DNA of 39,927 nucleotides. Source: Chloroflexi bacterium HGW-Chloroflexi-1 (lineage in GTDB: Bacteria > Chloroflexota > Anaerolineae > CG2-30-64-16). The stretch spans positions 1-39,927 of the forward strand of contig PHCA01000006.1 in assembly GCA_002842085.1 (NCBI GenBank), written 5' to 3'. Below the pieces are notes generated by a model, which worked only from the letters and a program-made list of their open reading frames with translations, searched no databases and was not told where the DNA came from. This document shows positions 6,754 through 14,047 of the stretch, piece after piece; the first letter of the stretch is position 1, and every line of letters starts with the position of its first letter. The position numbers were made by a program, and so were the translations under genes.

Positions 6754-7431
6754 ATGAACTGGACTTCTTTCCTCGAATTCACCCGCGGCCCGCTGTTTTA
6801 CGCGGCGCTGCTGATCTTCATCGCGGGCATGGTCTATCGCCTGGTGCGCGTGATCGCGCTGGGCTGGGCGCGTGACCGCGTCAAGTCGCGGGGCAGCAAG
6901 CTGGGGGGCGCGGTGCGGTCGCTCCTCAAAGGATTCCTGATCTGGCCCTTCATCCCGTGGGTCAAGAACACTTTCAGCCGCAGCCCGCTCATCTACGTCG
7001 CGGGCGGGCTGTTCCACCTGGGCCTCTTCGTGGTGATCTTCCTGGGCGCGGCGCACATGCTGGTCTGGAAGAGCCTGCTCGGGTTCGGCTGGCCCACCCT
7101 GCCGCTGCCCATCGTTGACTGGCTGGCGGTGGTGGCCATCGCGGCGATGATCGTGCTCTTCATCAACCGGCTGGTCCATCCCGTGCTCAAGCTGATCAGC
7201 GGCCCGGCCGAGTGGTTGAACCTGGTCTTCGTCTTCCTGCCTATGATCAGCGGCTACATCCTGACGCACCATCTCTTCTTCCGCTACGAGACGGCCTACA
7301 GCCTGCACATGCTGGCGGTGGACTGGCTGCTGATCTGGATCCCGCTGAGCCGCATTTCGCACTTCATGTTCTACTTCTTCGCGAAGGCCATCCACGGCGC
7401 GCAGTTCGGCAAGCGCGCGGTGGCGCCGTAA
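6754..7431 (+). CDS. isp1: Isp1: NarI/DsrM-like integral-membrane b-type cytochrome
   Basis: 225 aa with about five hydrophobic helices and conserved His (FHLGLFVV, ILTHHLF, SLHMLAV, RISHFMFYF). AGGGAGG upstream of ATG 6754. Position between hynS and an HdrD-like gene. Confidence 0.8.
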   Translation: MNWTSFLEFTRGPLFYAALLIFIAGMVYRLVRVIALGWARDRVKSRGSKLGGAVRSLLKGFLIWPFIPWVKNTFSRSPLIYVAGGLFHLGLFVVIFLGAAHMLVWKSLLGFGWPTLPLPIVDWLAVVAIAAMIVLFINRLVHPVLKLISGPAEWLNLVFVFLPMISGYILTHHLFFRYETAYSLHMLAVDWLLIWIPLSRISHFMFYFFAKAIHGAQFGKRAVAP

Positions 7432-7441
7432 GGAGGCCGCC

Positions 7442-8737
7442 ATGACGACACAAGCACCCACAAATGGCTCGGGCCGGTCTCCGACCGTGCCCGCCCTGCA
7501 AACCTTCGTCAAAGAGACCGGCGGCTGGGTCGCCAGCCAACTGGAAGCCTGCACCCGCTGCGGCATCTGCGCGGAGGCGTGTCACTTCTACCAGGCCACC
7601 GGCAACCCTGAATACGCGCCCGTGTGGAAGATCGAGCTGCTGCGCCGCGCCTACGAGCAGCGTTTCACCATCGGCGGCAGGCTGCGGCTGGCCGCGGGGC
7701 TGGCCAAGCCGATCAGCGACGCCGACCTGGCGCATTGGAGCACGCTCGTCTACGAAGCCTGCACCATGTGCAACAAGTGCGCCATCGCCTGCCCCATGGG
7801 CATCCAGATCGGCCCGCTGATCCACGAGGTGCGCTCGGCCATGTCGGAAGCGGGCGTGGTGCCGCCGGAACTGATGGCTGCGGTCAACAAGCAGATGGCC
7901 GAGGGCAGCCCGCTGGGCATGACCGACAGCGTCTGGGACTCGCGGCTGGAATGGGTGGCCGACGAGTGGGAGGAGGAGATCCCGCGCGACGTGCAGGGCG
8001 CCGACACGCTGGTGGTCTTCTCATCCATCGAGGTGATGAAGTTCCCCGGAAACGTCGCGGCCATCGCCAAGATCATGAACGCGGCGGGCGAGAAGTGGAC
8101 GGTCAGCTCGGAGGCGCGCGAGATCGTGAACTTCGGCTTCTACGAGGGCAACGAGCACCGCACCGTGGAAATCCTTAAGCGCGTCTTCGACGGCGCGGTG
8201 GCGCTGGGCGTCAAGCGCATCGTCGTGACCGAGTGCGGCCACGCCTACGACGCGCTGCGCTGGACCGCCGCGAACCTGATGGACGTGCCGGTCGGCATCG
8301 AGGTGACGCACATCGCCGGCGTGCTGGGCGATTTTGTCCGCCAGGGCCGCATCAAGCTCAAAGCGGGTGCGTTCGACAACGACGGCGTGATCACCTTCCA
8401 CGACGCGTGCAAGATTCAGCGCCGCGGCGGGCACATCAACGAGCCGCGCGAGATCCTGAAGATCCTGGCGCCCAACGCGTTCAAGGAAATGTCGCCCAAC
8501 CGCGAGCAGGCCATCTGCTGCTGCGGCGGCGGCGTGATCGCCATCAAAGAGGCCGACCCGCAGCGCTACGCCGTGTTCCAGATGAAGGTGGATCAGGCCC
8601 GCAAGGTGGGCGCGCAGACCGTGACGATGACCTGCTCCAACTGCCGCCTGCAATTCACCGATGGCGTCGCGCACTTCGGGTTGGATCTCAAGGTAACCGG
8701 TTTGGCGCAGATGGTGGCGGATGCGCTGGTGGAGTGA
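7442..8737 (+). CDS. isp2: Isp2: HdrD/DsrK-like cytoplasmic Fe-S protein with CCG domains
   Basis: Two 4Fe-4S motifs, CTRCGICAEAC and CTMCNKCAIACP. CCG-type motifs ...VTECGHAY... and QAICCCGGGV...TMTCSNCRLQF. No signal peptide. Confidence 0.85.
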   Translation: MTTQAPTNGSGRSPTVPALQTFVKETGGWVASQLEACTRCGICAEACHFYQATGNPEYAPVWKIELLRRAYEQRFTIGGRLRLAAGLAKPISDADLAHWSTLVYEACTMCNKCAIACPMGIQIGPLIHEVRSAMSEAGVVPPELMAAVNKQMAEGSPLGMTDSVWDSRLEWVADEWEEEIPRDVQGADTLVVFSSIEVMKFPGNVAAIAKIMNAAGEKWTVSSEAREIVNFGFYEGNEHRTVEILKRVFDGAVALGVKRIVVTECGHAYDALRWTAANLMDVPVGIEVTHIAGVLGDFVRQGRIKLKAGAFDNDGVITFHDACKIQRRGGHINEPREILKILAPNAFKEMSPNREQAICCCGGGVIAIKEADPQRYAVFQMKVDQARKVGAQTVTMTCSNCRLQFTDGVAHFGLDLKVTGLAQMVADALVE

Positions 8738-8805
8738 CGAGTAATGAGTAACGAGTAACGAGTGACCCGCAGGGGACACTTACTCGTTACTCGTTACTCA
8801 TTGTC
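8732..8805. repeat. Hairpin built from GAGTAAC heptamer repeats
   Basis: gagtgacgagtaatgagtaacgagtaacgagtgac ... cacttactcgttactcgttactcattgtc, overlapping the isp2 stop codon. Confidence 0.85.
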
Positions 8806-8842
8806 CACCACGTTCACAAGTCCGATGAAAAGGAGTGATCCT

Positions 8843-9163
8843 ATGGCATCGTTCATGCTTACACCTGTCGAGAAGGGCATCATGCGTTGTCAGCACACCG
8901 GCGCGTTCACGCATGAGGAGATTCGGGCGCTGGCCAGCTTCCTCGACGACTATCGCGGGAAGCTGCTGATTGACCTGTCGGGCACGACCGGCGAAGAATG
9001 CGCCCGGCACATCCACAACTTTCGCCCGATGATGCCCACCGCGGCCATCTTCGGCGCGGCAATTGACCCCGCCATCCTGGCGGTCCCGGAGAGTTACTAC
9101 CTCCACGAGGTGCGTTGCTTCGAGACCGAGGGTGAGGCGCTGGCCTGGCTTCGGAACCAGTAG
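8843..9163 (+). CDS. Small STAS/SpoIIAA-like domain protein (function unknown)
   Basis: 106 aa from the internal ATG with AAAGGAG upstream. GKLLIDLSGTTGEE ... AAIFGAAIDPAIL ... VRCFETEGEALAWL resembles the SpoIIAA-like/DUF3478 pattern (from memory only). Confidence 0.5.
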   Translation: MASFMLTPVEKGIMRCQHTGAFTHEEIRALASFLDDYRGKLLIDLSGTTGEECARHIHNFRPMMPTAAIFGAAIDPAILAVPESYYLHEVRCFETEGEALAWLRNQ

Positions 9164-9172
9164 GAGGGCATC

Positions 9173-10912
9173 GTGGCAAAACGACTCGTCATTGACCCCA
9201 TCACGCGCATCGAGGGCCACCTGCGCATCGAGGCCGAGGTGGGCGCGGACAACAAGATCGCTGCGGCGTACTCGTCGGGCACCATGGTGCGCGGCATCGA
9301 GATCATCCTGAAGGGCCGCGACCCGCGGGAGGCGTGGGCCTTCACCCAGCGCGCCTGCGGCGTCTGCACCACCGTCCACGCCTTCGCCTCGATCCGCTCG
9401 GTGGAGGACGCGCTGAAGATCAAGATCCCGCAGGCGGCCAACCTGATCCGCAACCTGATGATCGCGCAGCAGTACGTCCACGACCACGTGATGCACTTCT
9501 ACCACCTGCACGCGCTGGACTGGGTGGATGTGGTGGCCGCGCTCAAGGCCGATCCGCAGAAGACCTCGGAGATCCAGCAGTCCATCTCGCCCTGGCTCAA
9601 CTCGTCGCCGGCCTACTTCGCCGACGTGTGGAACAAGGTGCAGGCGATCGTGGACAGCGGGCAGCTTTCGATCTTCGCCAACGCCTACTGGGGCCATCCG
9701 GCCTACAAGCTGCCGCCCGAGGTCAACCTGCTGGCGGTGGCGCACTACCTGGAGGCGCTGGACTGGCAAAAGGACGTCGTCAAGATCCACACGATCTTCG
9801 GCGGCAAGAACCCGCACCCGAACTTCGTCGTCGGCGGCGTGCCGATGCCGATTGACCTGAACAGCGACACCGCGCTCAACGCCAGCCACCTGGCGATCAT
9901 CGGCGCCAGCATCGAAAAGATCATCGCGTTCGTGGACCAGGTCTATCTGCCCGATCTGCTGGCGATCGCGCCCTACTACCTGGAATACGCGGGGCTGGGC
10001 GAGGGGCTGGGCAACTTCCTGACCTGGGGCGAGCTCCCCGCGGACGGCGCCAACGATCCGGCCAAATTCCTGGTACCGCGCGCGCTGATCCTGGGCCGCG
10101 ACCTCAAGAATGTCACCGTGCCCGACCCCAACGACTTCGACAAGATGCGGGAGTACGTCGCGCACTCCTGGTACAAGTACGGCGCCGGTGACAACGCGGG
10201 GCTGCACCCCTGGCAGGGCGAGACGACCTTCAACTACACCGGCCCCAGGCCGCCCTACGAGCAGTTGGCGGTGGAGCAGAAGTACTCGTGGCTGAAGGCC
10301 CCGCGCTGGAACGACGTGGCGGTGGAGGTGGGCCCGCTGGCGCGCGTCCTGGCAATGTACGCCACCGGCCACCAGCAGACCCAGGAGTTGACGAACGCCA
10401 TTCTGCAGAAGCTGGGCGCGCCGATCACCGCGGTCTTCTCGACCCTGGGCCGCACGGCCGCCCGCGCCATCGAGACCAAAGTCTTCGCCGACAGCCTGCG
10501 GACGTTCTATAATGGGCTGATCGCGGAGATCAAGGCGGGCAACACGCGCACCTTCGACGACAACAAGTGGGAGCCGAGCACGTGGCCCGCCAGGGCGCAA
10601 GGCTTCGGCTTCATGGAGGCCCCGCGCGGCGCGCTGGGGCACTGGATCGTCATCGAGAATGGCAAAATCGCTAACTACCAGATGGTGGTGCCGACGACCT
10701 GGAACGGCTCTCCGCGCGACCACAAGGGCCAGCCGAGCGCGTATGAGGCTGCGCTGGTGGGTACGCCGCTCGCCAAGCCCGAATGGCCGCTGGAGATCCT
10801 GCGCACCATCCACTCCTTCGACCCGTGCATGGCGTGCGCGATCCACATGGTGGATGCGATCGGCGCCGATCTGGGCGAGGTGGGGGTTGGGTTGAACGTG
10901 TGCGTGAGTTGA
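9173..10912 (+). CDS. hynL: [NiFe]-hydrogenase large subunit
   Basis: N-terminal DPITRIEGHLRIE and QRACGVCTTVH. C-terminal DPCMACAIH followed by a 21-aa tail (the protease-cleaved extension). GTG start with AGGAGGG upstream. Confidence 0.95.
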   Translation: MAKRLVIDPITRIEGHLRIEAEVGADNKIAAAYSSGTMVRGIEIILKGRDPREAWAFTQRACGVCTTVHAFASIRSVEDALKIKIPQAANLIRNLMIAQQYVHDHVMHFYHLHALDWVDVVAALKADPQKTSEIQQSISPWLNSSPAYFADVWNKVQAIVDSGQLSIFANAYWGHPAYKLPPEVNLLAVAHYLEALDWQKDVVKIHTIFGGKNPHPNFVVGGVPMPIDLNSDTALNASHLAIIGASIEKIIAFVDQVYLPDLLAIAPYYLEYAGLGEGLGNFLTWGELPADGANDPAKFLVPRALILGRDLKNVTVPDPNDFDKMREYVAHSWYKYGAGDNAGLHPWQGETTFNYTGPRPPYEQLAVEQKYSWLKAPRWNDVAVEVGPLARVLAMYATGHQQTQELTNAILQKLGAPITAVFSTLGRTAARAIETKVFADSLRTFYNGLIAEIKAGNTRTFDDNKWEPSTWPARAQGFGFMEAPRGALGHWIVIENGKIANYQMVVPTTWNGSPRDHKGQPSAYEAALVGTPLAKPEWPLEILRTIHSFDPCMACAIHMVDAIGADLGEVGVGLNVCVS

Positions 10913-11011
10913 TGGGTATTGGGTAGTGGGTAGTGTGTGGAGCGCCAACGCAACACGCAACATTGCGCAGCATCCCTGTGGGACGCAATACATGAGCGCA
11001 AGTGAACGAGC

Positions 11012-11644
11012 ATGACCACCATGAATCGTATCGTCGTCCTCGGCATCGGCAACACCCTGAATCACGATGAGGGGGTTGGCGTCCACGCGGTGCAGGCGCT
11101 ACAGGCGCACCTGACCCCCCGCCCCCCTTCTCTGCGAGGGAAGGGGGAGACAAGCTCCCCTCCCCTCGCAGGGGAGGGGTTGGGGGAGGGGTCGGCCCTC
11201 GCAGGGGAGGGGTTGGGGGAGGGGTCGGCCCTCGCAGGGGAGGGGTTGGGGGAGGGGTCGGTGCTCGCAGGGCCGTGGAGTGAGGTCGCCTTCCTCGACG
11301 GCGGCACGTTGGGCCTGAATCTGCTGCCCATCGTCGAAGAAGCCAGCCATTTGCTGATCCTCGACGCGGTGGATGCGCGGCAGCCGCCCGGCACGGTGAT
11401 CGAGCTGGCGGGTGAGGCCATCCCGCTCTTCAGCGGCATCAAGCTGTCGCAGCATCAAGTCACCTTCCAGGAGGTGCTGGGGCTGGCGGCCGTGCGCGGC
11501 AAGCTGCCGCCCCACCTGCACCTGATCGGCGTCCAGCCGGCCGACCTGGAGATCGGCCTGGAGCTCAGCCCCGTCGTCGCCGCCGCACTGCCGGAGGTAG
11601 TCCGTCGCGCTCGCGCCGTGCTCCAGGCGTGGAGGGTGGCCTGA
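11012..11644 (+). CDS. hynD: Hydrogenase maturation endopeptidase (HybD/HupD family) carrying a ~50-aa repeat insertion
   Basis: IVVLGIGNTLNHDEGVGVHAV ... FLDGGTLGLNLLP ... LLILDAVD ... SQHQV match the family. An insertion lies between the first helix and the DGGT motif. Confidence 0.85.
   Translation: MTTMNRIVVLGIGNTLNHDEGVGVHAVQALQAHLTPRPPSLRGKGETSSPPLAGEGLGEGSALAGEGLGEGSALAGEGLGEGSVLAGPWSEVAFLDGGTLGLNLLPIVEEASHLLILDAVDARQPPGTVIELAGEAIPLFSGIKLSQHQVTFQEVLGLAAVRGKLPPHLHLIGVQPADLEIGLELSPVVAAALPEVVRRARAVLQAWRVA
11165..11272 (+). repeat. 33-bp tandem repeat, about 3.3 copies, in-frame inside hynD
   Basis: ctcgcaggggaggggttgggggaggggtcggcc x3 plus a partial copy. It translates to LAGEGLGEGSA x3. 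Confidence 0.95.
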
Positions 11645-11649
11645 CAAAA

Positions 11650-11678
11650 GTGCCAGGCGCCTGCGAGGCGCCTGGCAC
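11650..11678 (+). terminator. Perfect 12-bp GC-rich stem-loop after hynD (weak or partial terminator, or a processing site)
   Basis: gtgccaggcgcc-tgcga-ggcgcctggcac. Only TT follows, so this is not a canonical intrinsic terminator. Confidence 0.35.
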
Positions 11679-11705
11679 TTGAATGAAGGAATCTATCATC
11701 TTGCC

Positions 11706-12800
11706 ATGATCCAGAACCCCATCCGTCTCCTCGACCTGGGCCTCGTGCCCCCCATTCGTTCGCAAACCATCTACCACGCGGTCGGCCACGCCATGACAAC
11801 CGATTCCCCCGACACCATCATCCTGGTGGCGCCGGAACGCCCCTACGTCTGCATCGGCTACCATCAGGACCTGGAGCGCGAGGTGGACCTGGGCTACTGC
11901 CGCGAGCACGGCCTGCCGGTCACGCGTCGCGAGGTGGGCGGCGGCGCGGTCTACCTGGACGCAGGGCAACTCTTCGTGCAGTGGGTCTTCCACTGCGACG
12001 CGCTGCCCCACAGCCTGGAGGCCAGGTTCGAGCTTTACATCCGGCCGCTGGTGGAGACGTACCAGGCGCTGGGCATCGCGGCCTACCACCGGCCGGTGAA
12101 CGACGTCCACGTGGCCGGCAAGAAGATCGGCGGCACGGGCGCGGCGCAGACGGGCGAGGCCGAGGTGCTGGTGGGCAGCCTGATGTTTACCTTCGACAAG
12201 GCCACCATGGCCCGCGTGCTCAAGGTTTCGTCCGAGAAGATGCGCGACAAGATCTTCGAGAGCCTGGCGCAGTACATGACTACCATGGCCGAGCAAGTGG
12301 ACCCGCTGCCTGACCGCGCCGCGGTGCGCGACCTCTACCTGGCGCGGGCTGCGGTCGCGTTGGGGCGCGAGATCGCGCCCGGCGCGGCGACCGCGGCCGA
12401 GCTGGCCCTGGCCGCCGAGCTGGACGCGCGCTTCGTCAGCGAGGACTGGCTCTACCAGAAGGGCGGTCTGCGCCGGGCGGGGGTGAAGATCCATGAGGAC
12501 GTGCAGGTGGCCGAGGGCGCGTTCAAGGCGCCGGGCGGGCTGATCCGGGTCACGGTGCGGCTGGCCGCGGGGCGGGTGGATGACCTCGAGTTGGCCGGCG
12601 ATTTCACGATCTGCCCCGCCGCGGCGGTGGGCGCCCTGCAAGCCGCGGCCGGCGGCGCCGAGCTGACCCGCGACGCGCTGACCGCACGTTTCGCAGCCGC
12701 GTATCGCGATCACGCCATCCAGGCGCCGGGCGTCACGCCCGCACATCTGGCCGACGCGGTGTTGGCCGCAGTCGCGGCGCGCCAGGTGGGCGGCCGATGA
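11706..12800 (+). CDS. lplA: Lipoate-protein ligase (LplA family, catalytic plus C-terminal accessory domain)
   Basis: VTRREVGGGAVYLDAGQLF and VAGKKIGGTGAAQ (BPL/LPL catalytic motifs). C-terminal GGLIRVTVRLAAGRVDDLELAGDFT. ATG 11706 is preferred over the TTG at 11679 used by the ORF track. Confidence 0.8.
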   Translation: MIQNPIRLLDLGLVPPIRSQTIYHAVGHAMTTDSPDTIILVAPERPYVCIGYHQDLEREVDLGYCREHGLPVTRREVGGGAVYLDAGQLFVQWVFHCDALPHSLEARFELYIRPLVETYQALGIAAYHRPVNDVHVAGKKIGGTGAAQTGEAEVLVGSLMFTFDKATMARVLKVSSEKMRDKIFESLAQYMTTMAEQVDPLPDRAAVRDLYLARAAVALGREIAPGAATAAELALAAELDARFVSEDWLYQKGGLRRAGVKIHEDVQVAEGAFKAPGGLIRVTVRLAAGRVDDLELAGDFTICPAAAVGALQAAAGGAELTRDALTARFAAAYRDHAIQAPGVTPAHLADAVLAAVAARQVGGR

Positions 12801-12871
12801 ATCCCGAAGACGCCAAGATCCTCATCGTTATGACCAGCGGCCCCCAGACGCCGGAGCGCTGCGCGGCGCCC
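12797..12871 (+). pseudogene. Remnant (first ~25 codons) of a third DsrE-family gene
   Basis: MNPEDAKILIVMTSGPQTPERCAAP parallels MADDTVLIIMTSGPDTPRRCATP of the 4490 gene. There is an ATGA overlap with the lplA stop. Similarity ends abruptly in G/C-run REP-like sequence. Confidence 0.65.
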
Positions 12872-12953
12872 TGCCCTGAAATTCGCCCCCCAGCCCCTCG
12901 ATTTCGGGGGGAGCCAGGTTCCACCCCAGGATTGGGGGGTCAGGGGGGCGTTT

Positions 12954-13847
12954 TCATGAACCGCTCCAGGTCATGTGCGTTGTACGCGTCGAGTTGTTCT
13001 TGAACGACATCACCCGCCCTTTTCGCGCATCTTCCTCGGAGTACCAGTGAGTGGTCACGCTTTTCAGCTCGGTGAAGAAGCGCACGCCGTCGGCGCCCAT
13101 GGCGTGCGGATCGCCGAAGAACAAGTTCTTGTGTCCCGTGAAGCCGAAGATGCCCGGCGGCACCGGGATGCCGACGTTGACGCCCACCATGCCGCCGTGC
13201 GTCCGCCTGGCGAACTCGCGAGCGTAGAAGCCGCTCTGCGTGTAGATCACCAAGCCGTTGGCAAACTCGCTGGCGTTCATCAGCGCCAGCCCTTCCTCGA
13301 AATCCCGCACCCGCTTGATGCACAACACCGGCCCGAAGATCTCCCGGTCGCCGATGGTCATGCCGGGTTGCACGTGGTCGAACAGCGTCGGCCCAAGGTA
13401 GAAGCCATTCTCGTAGCCTGGGACCGTCGTCACCTGGCGGCCATCCAGCGCCAACGTGGCGCCCTCTTCGACCCCCTTCTCGATCCACTTGATCACGGAC
13501 TGGCGGTGCTCGTCGTTGACCAGCGGCCCCGGTTGGCTGCTCTTGTCGTATGCCGGGCCGATCTTCAGCGCTTGCATCAGCTTCACGAGGGTGGCCACCA
13601 GCTCATCGGCAATGGCTTCCTCGGCGACCACCACGGGCAGCGCCATGCACCGCTCGCCTGCGCACCTGCACGCCGAGTTGATGATGCCGCGCGCCGAGCG
13701 CTCCAGCGCGGCGTCCTGCAGCACCAGCGCATGGTTCCTGGCTTCGGTCAGTGCCTGCACCCGCTTGCCGCCTGGGTGGTGACGCTCAGCGATCTCCGCG
13801 GCCTCGCTGACGTTCTGGCCTGGCTCACGCCGCGTACCCGTTGAGGG
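12954..13847 (-). pseudogene. mmsA: 5'-truncated methylmalonate-semialdehyde dehydrogenase (aldehyde dehydrogenase family) fragment
   Basis: Only the C-terminal ~half is present: GKRVQAL..KNHALVL...AGERCMALPVVV (catalytic Cys)...EIFGPVL...GVNVGIPVPP. A TAG at 13848-13850 closes the frame upstream and no N-terminal half is found. Confidence 0.7.
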
Positions 13848-13870
13848 CTACCCGCCCTCAGCAGCCAATA

Positions 13871-13898
13871 GCCCGACTCTATCCGGTCGGGCTTTTTT
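13871..13898 (+). terminator. Canonical rho-independent terminator with no plus-strand gene upstream (orphan)
   Basis: gcccgac (13871-13877), 8-nt loop, gtcgggc (13886-13892), then TTTTTT (13893-13898). Confidence 0.55.
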
Positions 13899-14047
13899 GT
13901 TGGGTGCGGTCTTGGCGGGCGGAGCGGCTGTCTGGGCTGGCGCTGCTGGCGCAGAGTGTGACGACGAAGGTGCTGCAGGCGGCCAAGCGGCAGTCGGATG
14001 CCCAAGCCGATAACGCTGATGCGGAGTTTGTCCATGGATTCGGTCCT

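Noticed and set aside
5581-7566. 661-aa minus-strand ORF spanning hynS and isp1
   Set aside because: It is antisense to two well-supported genes. Its composition is Arg/Ala/Gly/Pro-rich and low-complexity, typical of shadow ORFs in GC-rich DNA, and it has no recognisable motifs.
10850-10912. Whether the hydrogenase is a [NiFeSe] type
   Set aside because: The C-terminal motif reads DPCMACAIH with Cys codons at both positions, and there is no in-frame TGA.
8798-11086. 762-aa minus-strand ORF opposite hynL
   Set aside because: It is a shadow ORF antisense to the hydrogenase large subunit, which has unambiguous RIEGH / RACGVC / DPCMACAIH motifs. It has no domain-like sequence.
13748-14035. 95-aa minus-strand ORF downstream of the fucosidase gene (MDKLRISVIGLG...)
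   Set aside because: It has a Pro/Arg/Gln-rich tail, runs through the terminator hairpin and into the mmsA fragment, and has no motif support. It may be a relic but cannot be supported.
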